A stretch of 44,326 nucleotides of DNA from Octopus bimaculoides (taxonomy: Eukaryota), in the NCBI RefSeq assembly GCF_001194135.2, contig NC_069007.1, positions 3,369,310 to 3,413,635 on the forward strand, written 5' to 3'. The first letter of the stretch is position 1. Every line of letters starts with the position of its first letter. This document shows positions 25,701 through 35,522 of the stretch, piece after piece. The translations under genes were made by a program, and so were the position numbers. Under the pieces are notes generated by a model, which was given only the letters and a program-made list of their open reading frames with translations, was not told where the DNA came from and did not search any database.

Positions 25701-27208
25701 ACTGATGCCCCCACCTCATTCTTGGCTGGTATTACATTTATTGACTGTTTAAGAGATGAGAGGTAAAATTGACCTTGGCAGGATCTGAACATGAAACCGA
25801 GAGAGTTGGGACAAATAATGAAAGGCAGTATTTCTCCAATACATTGATGATTCTGTCAATCTACTACCCTAATCATCATCATCATCGTTTAACATCCGTT
25901 TTCCATGCTTGCCTGTTTTTAGAATGACATTGCAGAGTAGGTTCGAGACATTGGATCTGGTCAGTTTTAACATAAAGCAGGTGGAGTATTTGGGCCAGAT
26001 GTGGCTAGATTATATTCCAAAGGGTTAATCCCCACCTGCCACCTGTTTAAATGCCTGGATCAGCTCTTTCATCAATCTTCTAGCCTTGCTAAATGATACA
26101 GTTCATGTGATGATGAACTTGTTCGATTACATGACACAGCAACTATGTCAAACCACCGACATCAGGAATGTTACATATCTCTGCCGTCTTTTTTATAGTG
26201 CATCTGATTGCTAGTATCTCTGGTTTTCAAACTCATGGTGACTGAGCAGAGACTGAATTTCCCAACCTCATGGCAATCTTTTATATATAACACATGAGGG
26301 GTGCTGAAATGTTCCTGGCTTTAAGGGCGTCGTGAAAGACCTGGTTGGAGGCCCAACCTTCAGAGTTCTTTTACAGGGATTAGGAAAACTGAAGGGCCAC
26401 TGCAATAAGTGTGTGAATCTGAGAGGGGAATATATTGAATAAAATCATAATTAACTGATCCTCTGCTATTTTCTTTTACCCAAAGCCAGGAACTTTACAG
26501 CCCTCATAATATTTTGTTGTTGAAACTTTGTGCAATAAATGTGCAATGAATTGCTAATCATCATCATCATCATCATCATCATCGTTTAACGTCCGCTTTC
26601 CATGCTAGCATGGGTTGGACGATTTGACTGAGGACTGGTGAAACCAGATGGCTACAGCAGGCTCCAATCTGATTTGGCAGAGTTTCTACAGCTGGATGCC
26701 CTTCCTAATGCCAACCACTCCGAGAGTGTAGTGGGTGCTTTTACGTGCCACCGGCACGAAGGCCAGTCAGGCTAATACTTTATTTTAAATTTTTTATACA
26801 ATTTTTTTTTTTTTTTTGTTTCAGACATTAGACTGAAGCCATGTCTGGCCATGGAGAAGATTTACCTTGCTTGGAAACAGGTGAGGTTGGCAACAGGAAG
26901 GGCATCCGGCTGTAGAAAACCTGCCTCAATGAACTCCATGGAACAGTGGACGTTAAATGATGACAATGATGGTGGTGGTGGTGATGAGGATGATGATGAT
27001 GATGGCAACAAAATGCAAAAAAACTTCAGAAAAAACAATTTGTACATAAGAAAGAATACAAAAAGAAATCCTGGGACCTACTTCTAACGCCTGGTGGCTG
27101 GGGGTTCTGCTCTTCTTGAAAGCTTCCTCTAAATAAATGCTTGGAGATGGTTTCCGGTGATTAATTTCCCGAATGCCCAAACTTTTCCCAATCGGAGTTG
27201 CAATATAT
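11551..27208 (-). CDS. CERS: Ceramide synthase (CerS/LASS, Hox-like domain + TLC/Lag1p domain), 5'-partial, 9 coding exons: 27082-27208, 25293-25399, 23944-24001, 22965-23015, 18457-18549, 16649-16777, 15361-15467, 13547-13703, 11551-11643
   Basis: All nine exons have AG/GT boundaries and join in frame (922 nt). Product contains [15 protein letters not shown] (homeodomain helix 3), [30 protein letters not shown]...[10 protein letters not shown] (Lag1p motif), LQLLHIIW and an acidic tail DERSESEE, in the order typical of CerS2-6/Drosophila Schlank. Paralogue not assigned. Confidence 0.96.
13547..13703 (-). CDS. CERS: CerS coding exon H (157 nt): (K)[52 protein letters not shown]
   Basis: Acceptor ttttcag|G ATA, donor GAG|gtaaag; completes the AA|G codon. 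Confidence 0.95.
13837..14107. mobile_element. hAT-type MITE (271 bp)
   Basis: TIR CAGGGGTTTTCAAACT / AGTTTGAAAACCCTTG (15/16) with a perfect 8-bp TSD TCTTAAGA at 13829-13836 and 14108-14115. Confidence 0.9.
14826..15236 (+). mobile_element. ~400-bp tRNA-headed SINE with CORE-like segment (representative copy). Other copies/fragments: ~420-545(-), 19056-19212(-), 27279-27455(+), 34517-34922(-), 37430-37755 (two nested pieces, opposite strands), 38415-38680(+), 39680-39832(-)
   Basis: GGCTGTGTGGTAAG...GGTTCAGTCCC head, then GGCACCTTGG(GCAAGT), an internal (TA)/(TG) tract and a 3' end CAGCATGGCCG...TGAAACRAGTAAAAGA. Confidence 0.8.
15361..15467 (-). CDS. CERS: CerS coding exon G (107 nt): [35 protein letters not shown]+AA
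   Basis: Acceptor atatttcag|GCT, donor AA|gtaagt. Confidence 0.96.
16649..16777 (-). CDS. CERS: CerS coding exon F (129 nt): [43 protein letters not shown] (Lag1p motif)
   Basis: Acceptor ttttcctag|GAC, donor GAA|gtaagt; conserved HH and HDxxD residues. Confidence 0.97.
18457..18549 (-). CDS. CERS: CerS coding exon E (93 nt): [31 protein letters not shown]
   Basis: Acceptor ttttgcag|CAT, donor AAG|gtaaga; YWYY..ELS.Y motif. Confidence 0.96.
20212..20522. repeat. 28-bp minisatellite GCTAGACAGGCAAGCAGATAGCTAAATA, about 11 copies with degenerate flanks (~20020-20760)
   Basis: Unit directly visible in tandem. Confidence 0.92.
21457..21997. mobile_element. Three adjacent copies of a ~190-bp TTAA-bounded MITE-like repeat. 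Further copies at ~28683-28870, 35322-35522, 43110-43345, 43575-43860
   Basis: Shared core GGCCAGATCCARCCTCTCACACCTA.CCTACAATGTCATTCTAAAAATAAA; ends read GCTAAGAGGTTAA or AAGGGTTAA. Confidence 0.7.
22300..22823 (-). mobile_element. tRNA-headed SINE carrying a decayed hammerhead motif (22349-22390), interrupted by another repeat (~22441-22728)
   Basis: Minus-strand head TAGTGGTTAAGAGC...GAGTTCGATTCC (Pol III A/B boxes, 22757-22823), then (AAT)n, then a body with CTGATGA AGGCTG...CAGTT GAAATGTT. Confidence 0.65.
22965..23015 (-). CDS. CERS: CerS coding exon D (51 nt): [17 protein letters not shown]
   Basis: Acceptor ctttacag|AAA, donor CAG|gtatta; WFWD..CW..YP.Q signature. Confidence 0.96.
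23944..24001 (-). CDS. CERS: CerS coding exon C (58 nt): (C)[19 protein letters not shown]
   Basis: Acceptor catttcag|C TGG AGA TTC, donor AAT|gtgagt; completes the TG|C codon; WRF motif opening the TLC domain. Confidence 0.95.
24615..24670 (-). ncRNA. Minimal type I hammerhead ribozyme, canonical core
   Basis: Minus strand reads GUCU CUGAUGA UGGAAUAUCCC auacuca GGGAUAUCCCA GAAA C AGCU G UA AGAC: 4-bp stem I, 10/11-bp stem II, palindromic helix III, GUA cleavage triplet. Confidence 0.8.
25293..25399 (-). CDS. CERS: CerS coding exon B (107 nt): [35 protein letters not shown]+TG, homeodomain helices 2-3
   Basis: Acceptor gtgttgcag|AGT, donor TG|gtaatg. Too short to appear in the ORF track. 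Confidence 0.95.
26294..26507 (+). mobile_element. Mariner deletion derivative retaining the transposase C-terminus
   Basis: Imperfect TIRs ATGAGGGGTGCTGAAATGTTCCTGGCTTT / AAAGCCAGGAACTTTACAGCCCTCAT; 26371-26442 encodes [23 protein letters not shown], matching the mariner KCV...G.YIE terminus. Confidence 0.8.
27082..27208 (-). CDS. CERS: CerS coding exon A (127 nt, begins in phase 2): [42 protein letters not shown]
   Basis: Acceptor ttctttcag|A TAT, donor GAA|gtaggt; resembles the CerS segment leading into the homeodomain. Confidence 0.9.
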
Positions 27209-27591
27209 CTGAAAGAACACAAGAGACAGGGAACCATTAGAAAACAAACAAAAATGAAATACAACATGATACAATATACAGGTGTGGCTGTGTGGTAAGA
27301 AGTTTGCTTCCCAATCACATGGTTCCTGGTACAGTTCCACAATGTGGCACTGACTCACTGCATGGCGCCTTGGGAAAGTGTCTTTTACTACAGCCTCGGA
27401 CCGAACAAACCCTTGTGAATAGATTCGGCAAATAGAAACTGAAAAAAGCTCGTCGCACATATATACACACATATATAATAGATAACAAAACGAATGGTTT
27501 GCCCCTGGTAGCTTACTGGTAAAGCACGGTTGCTGTCACAGTGATCGTTATGTATATGGCAAATGAAAGACAGAAGATGGAATAAACGAGA

Positions 27592-27713
27592 ATTTATTAA
27601 TCACGACAATTGTTTCGGCACATCTAGCATTGATCCCTCATGGGTGGAACGCTCAAGGACTGGTTCAGGAGCATCCAGTGATGCAGATGTATCTCATCGG
27701 ATGATAAATAAAT
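27592..27713 (-). ncRNA. Extended hammerhead-fold RNA with U4C core variant
   Basis: Stem I pairs at 12 of 13 positions; core CCGAUGA; long branched stem II closed by G10.1:C11.1; GAAA C AAUU G UC gives a GUC triplet. Confidence 0.65.
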
Positions 27714-28894
27714 AAATACAACTCGTTAAAATGACTGTTCCGCAATGTAACTTCCAGTTTTGTAGAAAGAAAAGCAGCCAAATGGAGGAAATATGTGTGT
27801 GTGTGTGTCTGTGTTCGTTCCCCACCACCATTTGACAACTGGTGTTGGTGTGTTTACGTCCCCCATAACTTAGCAGTTTGGCAAAGGAAACCAATAGAAT
27901 AAGTACCAGGCTTTAAAAAAACAAATTAAAATATGCCCAGGGATTAATTCGTTCAATTAGAAATTCTTCAAGGCGGTGCCCCAGCATGGCCACAGTCTAA
28001 TGCTGAGAAACAAGTACAAAGATGAAAAATACAAACATCACAAGGAACAGCAAAAGAGGAAGGATTAAACAGCAGAGAAGCAGGGTTTATGGGGGATGTG
28101 ATGTGATGGGGGTTGCGATGGTTACAGTTACCATGTGGTGATGGATGTGTCCCCGTATTGGTAGTATGGTATGGTGTTGATGGGCTGGTGGTTGTGGTAA
28201 TGACGACGGATGGATGATGTGGCATAGGGAAATGGTGATGGTTAGGATGGTGATGATGGTGGTGATGGATATGAACATGGCGGGGATGGTGATGATGATG
28301 ATGATGACACACGGTAAAACCACTCCCGGACAGAACATATAAAGACTCATTCATACACCCACCATCCACACCCACCTGTGCACTCAAACGAACGCACACG
28401 CATTGAAATAGAAGCCTATTAATTAAACAGTAAACCGATCTCTCTCGGTTTTAATGATCAGGTCTCCGATCGACTTAATTACCTGCTCGTGCAATTAGTG
28501 TGTGAAGCAGCCGAGTACTCCACGGACACGAGTATTCTTAATGATGTCTTCAGAACTGGCATGACATTACTGAGTAACAAGGATGGCCCAATGGATTACA
28601 TCTACACTTCATCTGACAAGCTGCGTATACAAATCAATAGATACACGTATATGAATATACACACACACACACACACGCAGTACATTAATCCCTTAGCGTT
28701 CAGATTATTCGGGCAAATGTAATGCTTTTTCATTCACATTATTTTTAATTAATCATGCATTATCTCGTAGCTTCAAAGCTTTTGATAATGTGATAGCCTG
28801 GATTTGGTTGGTTTGAATATAAAACGGCTAGCTTATTTGGGCCGGATATGGCCAGTTTAAATGCTAAATCGTTAATATACCTCCATTCACCTGA

Positions 28895-30072
28895 CACCAG
28901 CATTGGCCACGACTACGATCTCACTTGGCTTGACAGGTCAACACAAGCATGGTATATCACAAAGGGTTTTGGTGACCTGTCACTGCCTTCCATGAGGCCC
29001 ATTGCTCAAACGGTGCATTTTACATGCCACCGGTATGAGTGCCAGTTAGATGGCACTGGCCACAACTACGATTTCACTCGATTCAATAGGTCTTCACAAG
29101 CACAGCATATCAGCCAATGTTTGAAGGGTGCTTTTTACATGCCAGTTATACAACTCTGCCATCGGCCATGACTACGATCTCACTTGGCTTAACGGGTCTC
29201 CTCAAGCACAGCTTATTGTCAAAGGTCTCTGTCACTTGTCATTGCTTCTGTGAGGCCCAACATTTGAAGATCATGCTTCACCACCTCGTCCCATGTCTTC
29301 CTGGGTCTACCTCTTCCACAGGTTCCCTCCCCTGTTAGAGTGTGACACTTCTTCACGCAGCTGTCCTCATCCATCACGTGACCATCCCAGCGCAGTCATC
29401 TCTTTTGCACACCACATCTGGTGCCCCCTGTGCTCAGCTTTTCTCTCAGGATACTTACACTCTGTTCTACATACACACTGACATTACACACCCAGCGGAG
29501 CATACTCGCTTCATTTCTTACAAGCCTATGCAGGTTCTCTCAGTGGTTAGAGCTCATGTTTCACTGCTGTGTAGCTTGGCTGTTTGCACACATGCATCAT
29601 ACAATCTGCCTCTCACTCTCAGGGAGAGGCCCTTTGTTACCAGCAGAGGTAGGAACTCTCTGAACTTTGCTCAGCCTCTTCTTATTCTAACAGCTATGCT
29701 CTACGGCACCCACCCCTACCACTGATTTAGTCACCTTGGTAATGGAAGCTATCAACTACTTCTAGTTTTCCTCTGGTATGTGATGGAGTCCATTTTCTGT
29801 ACATTTTTGGTGTTTTGTTGTACATGTGTACCTTTCACACACAAAAACTATCTTTCCTGTTAACCTTCCTCCGATATTGCTGCACCTCTTATGTGTCCAT
29901 AGCTTACACCGGGTACATCTTATGGATTTTCTACCTTTGCTTTTTCTACAGATCAAGCAGGGCCATCTACCTGAAGGGATTTGCGATTTGTCTGCCTTCC
30001 TACTTACTAAGACTTTGGTTTTCGCTAAGTTAACTCGAAGGCCCTTCAATTCTAGACCTTACTTCCACACCT
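28895..30072 (-). mobile_element. 5'-truncated, frameshifted RTE-like non-LTR retrotransposon (ORF2 C-terminus and 3' end)
   Basis: Peptides KGLRVNLAKTKVLVS, WPCLICRK...CTRCKLWTHKRCS, RGRLYDACVQT, RNEASMLRWVCNV and GRGRPRKTWDEV, broken by stops and frameshifts. Confidence 0.88.
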
Positions 30073-30152
30073 GAAAATTCTCTAATTCAGTTAGTGATTC
30101 AGCTGTAAGTGCAAGGTCATTATCACAGGGGAGCTCCCAAGGGCAGCCATTC

Positions 30153-30193
<41 letters not shown>

Positions 30194-30332
30194 CGGAGAT
30201 GTACTTGCATAGCAAGTGACCTGATCTGAGATCGTGTGCTGGAACGAAAACAATTGCAGCGTGGAAGGTGTTTATAAGCCATTTAAAATAACACACAAAA
30301 TCCGTTAGATTCACTTCAACATTTAAATTTAA

Positions 30333-30383
30333 TTTGTCAAAATATTTTCGTCGCTTTGAGACCGCGACCTGTTCACTGACAAA
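30333..30383 (-). ncRNA. Hammerhead-fold RNA with G3:C8 swapped core
   Basis: Minus strand reads UUUGUCA GUGAACA G GUCGC ggucucaaa GCGAC GAAA AUAU UU UGACAAA: 7-bp stem I, 5-bp stem II, AAUAUU palindromic helix III. Confidence 0.65.
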
Positions 30384-30394
30384 ATTCTGTGCTG

Positions 30395-30468
<74 letters not shown>

Positions 30469-30799
30469 TAAGAAAGAGACATGCACAAACATTTAAGCTT
30501 GATCTAGTAGAACAAGTTTTCAGTAATCAATGAAGTATGACTTTACTCAAGAAATTACAAAGAGATCCGTCTCAACTAACTGACCACACCTAGATTTGAT
30601 CTCTTTTCTGATGCTACTACCCCTCCCCCCACTGCACACACACAGCTCTCTTTCCCCTCCCTTCCTCTCTCCTGCCTTCAGCTAATAAGGTGTCCAACAA
30701 GAAAGTCACAAGGTTAGTTCCTTTGTATTTTAAACAATCGGGTAACTTAGATCAAGAAGAAATTAAATGACAAAACCAGGTTGACAGAGTACAATGTAA

Positions 30800-31069
30800 T
30801 AAGACACACACACACACACACACGCACACGAGAGAGAAGGACACATACAGGTACATACATACATACATGCATGCCATGCTTGGGCGTATGCGCAGGTAAT
30901 GTTGTGAATGAATCGATATATTGGCTAATCAATCCTTTTAAACATAATAGCCATTTTGAAAAGTCATTATTCGATATTCACACTCTGGATCACACATACA
31001 CAAATTTATACGCATACATATGTATACATCTACACAAACATGTACATATACATACACACACATATATAC

Positions 31070-31100
<31 letters not shown>

Positions 31101-31270
31101 TATATACATATATATATATATACACATATATACCTATATATATATATACACACATACACACATGTATGCACAAACACATATGTATACACACACACATATA
31201 TATATACACACATATATACACATACATATTTATATATATACATAAGTACATACACATACATATATACACC

Positions 31271-31314
<44 letters not shown>

Positions 31315-31443
31315 GTCTTTATATATATAAAGAGTGTGAGTGAGAGAAATAGATAGAATGAGAGAGAGGGACTTGTATATTTTTTTTAGATAAAAGCAAC
31401 ATTATGTACGTAGACACATTTATGTACAATTTTATATATATAT

Positions 31444-31478
<35 letters not shown>

Positions 31479-31510
31479 ATACATATATAAATATATATAT
31501 GCGGGTGTGT
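30800..31510. repeat. Compound (CA)n/(TA)n microsatellite field, representative of many such tracts (e.g. 1-190, 1320-1590, 4120-4400, 17380-18440, 34920-35105, 36608-36860)
   Basis: Simple dinucleotide repeats that produce the spurious YI/CV/HT ORFs. Confidence 0.95.
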
Positions 31511-32437
31511 GCGTGTATGTTCACATAAAGTATGCAAGAACACACACAAGCAATTCAATGCATTCAGATGAAAGATTTAGACAATAGGAGTATAAATTAG
31601 CAAAGCAGCCCAGAAAAGACAGCTCAGCTAGAAAATCGTTGAATGCACCAACATGATGCATAAACGCATACACACACACGCATATACAGAGTAATAACGT
31701 TAATGCACACAAACAATATGTAGCTAATCGAATAATCTAATAGAAAAAAGTATACAAAACGAGGAGATATGCGTGAGGTTAGCATTGATCATACGGGCAA
31801 AGCACAGATTGAAATACACTTACGGGGTTCCAGTGAAGCAGCATTCTTGACTTGGAACCCTATTCCAAATGGAACGTAATTTGCTTAACCAAACTAGTGC
31901 CTCAGATTCAGTTCCACTGCATGGCAGGTAAGAATCTACTATAGCCCCAGGCTGATCAAAGCCTTGTGAGTGGATTTGGTAGACAAAAACTGAAAGAAGC
32001 CTGCTGAATATATATATATATATATATATATAAATTATAATAATATAGGGTATCTAAGAGATACCGCCACGCTGAAAATAACAGTCAAATCTTGACTCTA
32101 AACCACAATAAATGTTCATATAGCACTTGATAAAATCAATATTTTAAATATCGATCTTATCCTTATTTATATAAATATATGGCGTTAGGAAGGGCATCCA
32201 GCTGTAGAAACTCTGCCAAATCAGATTGGAGCCTGGTGTAGCCATCTGGTTTCACCAGTCNNNNNNNNNNNNNNNNNNNNNNNNNNNNNNNNNNNNNNNN
32301 NNNNNNNNNNNNNNNNNNNNNNNNNNNNNNNNNNNNNNNNNNNNNNNNNNNNNNNNNNNNNNNNNNNNNNNNNNNNNNNNNNNNNNNNNNNNNNNNNNNN
32401 NNNNNNNNNNNNNNNNNNNNNNNNNNNNNNNNNNNNN

Positions 32438-32476
<39 letters not shown>

Positions 32477-32477
<1 letters not shown>

Positions 32478-33425
32478 GGTACACAATCTTTTATCTGGAA
32501 ATCTAAAATCTAAAAAGTCCCCAAAACCGAATGTTTTTGTGGAGGGTGGAACACGTCATAACAGGGTCGTTTGGTGCACAAACAGCCAACAACCACCGTG
32601 ATCCGACTCATTCAGGCATGACGTGGCAATGCTTGGAGGGTCAGCCACCACTTACCACCAAGCGTCAAGTGTGACTCAGCACTCATAGAGAGAAGACATC
32701 CATTTGCTCTTTGCTGTCTTTGTTGTGACTTTGTATATAATTTACCCTGAAAATGTCAAAACAAATCTGCAGATACCGCAATGGATAGCAGCGAGAAAAA
32801 GAAAAGGAAACATTTACCATTCTCAATAATGCAGAAAGTGGAGTTACTACAGAAACTTGACCGTGGAGAAGTCTTTAAAAATGCCCTCTCTCGTAATGGT
32901 GTTTCATCACTTCAGAATACTGTTCCTGGCCCACCATCAGAGGTTTAACCTGCAACCTGATGACAACATCGGTAACGCTTACAGACCTTGTTCTACAACT
33001 TAACTGCAGTTACATATTTAGCCTAGTTTGAACCAATTTATGGCTCTAGCATATAAATAAACTATAAAATACCACTTGTCTTTCTTTATTCAAATTAGTG
33101 CAAATACTTATGCGTCTCTCTGCAGAAATATTATGGTAGTGTGTACACCTGTACTTGTGAATCGTGTATTTTACTTTTAAATTATCCTACTGTATGGATT
33201 TTATTTTTTATTCGTGTGATCTTAATCATCTCACTGTTTCATTCAACAGTATATTACTCAACAACCATTTTGTGACTACGTATACATGTGCTTTTGTTAC
33301 TGTAGCAGGACGTCCGTTTTGATGTTTAGTTTACAAACTGGGGCAGCTGGCGTTTGCTCTGAAGTCCAGAACAAACCCAAAATTCAGAATAGAACTGTCG
33401 CCAAGGGTTCCAGGACTGTATACCC
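32477..33425 (+). mobile_element. Tigger/pogo-like non-autonomous element with truncated CENP-B-type HTH ORF (32781-32948)
   Basis: MDSSEKKKRKHLPFSIMQKVELLQKLDRGE resembles the pogo/Tigger N-terminus. Left end GGTACACAATCTTTTATCTGGAA; degenerate inverted right end TTCCAGGACTGTATACC. Confidence 0.7.
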
Positions 33426-33489
<64 letters not shown>

Positions 33490-33614
33490 CTATATCATAG
33501 ATATATATATATATATAATAATATTAGGGACAAAATCCAAAATTACAGGTAAAAACTCAATTAAAATCAATTTATAAAAAATTAAAATTAAATTGAGCTT
33601 TATAGATTATAATA

Positions 33615-33887
33615 TATATAAAAATATATAGTTTTAGGGAAAAGAACCATGTTTCAAGAACTCATCGATGAAAATCCACTGTCACATAGAGAAAAATTAA
33701 TAATTAAAAGCACAATAAATGAGTATAATATAAAACAAAGTAAATATAAGATAAAGATAGTATATATATATTTATTTATTTATTTATTGTGCTTTTAATT
33801 ATTAATTTATCTATATGTGATAGTGGATTTTCATCGATGAGTTCTTGAAACTTGGTTCTTTTCCTTAAAACTATATATTTTTATATA
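33615..33887. repeat. Inverted repeat: ~106-bp arms (33615-33720 / 33782-33887), ~61-bp AT-rich spacer
   Basis: GAAAAGAACCATGTTTCAAGAACTCATCGATGAAAATCCACT is mirrored by AGTGGATTTTCATCGATGAGTTCTTGAAACTTGGTTCTTTTC. Confidence 0.9.
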
Positions 33888-34339
33888 CATATATCATATA
33901 ACGTGAAACTCAGAGTAACAGTTTTTTGTTATACTTCTGCTGCTTTTAAATAAAGTATATATACACACACACACACACACACACTCGCATGCACATATGC
34001 TCTTATACCAGATACAACAAAGTGGTTAGCCACCAATGGAGAAATTAAAAATTAATGCTTATATATATACATATATATATATATAAATATTAGAGAGTAT
34101 CCCAAACCCCCACCCCCTACTCTCCCTTCCTCTCCCTCTCCAACATTCCTCACACTTGTGGAGACTTCTGTGACACCCATAACCTAACACCCTTGAGAGA
34201 GAAAAAAAAAAGAAAAAAGAAAACCAAAATGATAATTAACAACATTCTTCACTTTCACATCTGCACTTAGACTTCTGAACAGACCCACACAGATACATAT
34301 CTATATACACACACGTACACACGTATGTGCGTGTGTGTG

Positions 34340-34379
<40 letters not shown>

Positions 34380-34479
34380 TATACATGCTGGCATGTGAGC
34401 TGACATTTATGGAATATCTCGTTAATTTTCAAAAATATCAATCAGCACAATCGACAACAGCACAAATAATCTGAGAGTA

Positions 34480-34516
<37 letters not shown>

Positions 34517-35522
34517 CTCTTTTACTCTTTTACTTGTTTCAGTCATTTGACTGTGGCCATGCTGGAGCACCACCTTTAGTCGAGCAAATCGACCCCAGGA
34601 CTTATTCTTTGTAAGCCTAGTACTTATTCTATCGCTCTTTTGCCGAACCGCTAAGTTACGGGGACGTAAACACACCAGAATCGGTTGTCAAGCGATGTTG
34701 GGGGGACAAACACAGACACGCAAACATATACACACACATACATACATACACATATATACGACAGGCTTCTTTCAGTTTCCGTCTACCAAATCCACTCACA
34801 AGGCTTTGGTCGGCCCGAGGCTATAGTAGAAGACACTTGCCCAAGGTGCCACGCAGTGGGACTGAACCCGGAACCATGTGGTTGGTAAGCAAGCTACTTA
34901 CCACACAGCCACTCCTACGCCTATATATATATATATATATATATAAATGTACATACACATATATACATACACATATATACATACACACACACACACACAC
35001 ACACACATGCAGATGGACATTATATATATATACATACATATATGTACATATATATGCGTGTGTGTGTGTGAGACAACACACACGTACATGTACATACACA
35101 TACACATAATTCCCTCAATGCTACAAATTGGCCAACTGGCAAGCGCTTTTCAAGTAATCGTTGCTAACCTGAACTAAAGCATACCCTTTGAGGGGCACTA
35201 CAGAGCTTGCAAAGGAGTGGCAAATGTCAAGATGGTGCCAGTGGGGAAGGGGGTGATGTGGAATGGTTTGAGGGGCAGGAGGGGGTGAGTTTCCTCAAGA
35301 ATAAAATATCTAACTCTTTGGCATTTAAACCAGCCATATCAAATATTCTTAGGGTTTTATGCTTAAACTGGCAAGATCTGGCCTCTCACACTTACCCTAC
35401 AATGTTACTCTACAAATAAACAATCACATCATTGAAACCTTGAAGCTATGAGATAATGTTTGATTAATTCAAAACGATGTGAATAAGCATTATAGTTGAT
35501 GGATTATCTCAATGCTAAGAGG

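Noticed and set aside
27517-27590. Hydrophobic LVYSIFCLSFAIYITITVTATVLY ending at a phase-2 GTAAGC donor, as a possible CerS first exon
   Set aside because: TAA TAA immediately upstream, no ATG or acceptor, and no CerS N-terminal motifs.
33640-33860. TCGATGAGTTCTTGAAAC as a hammerhead core in the inverted repeat arms
   Set aside because: Two core changes, no stem II closure and no stem I pairing.
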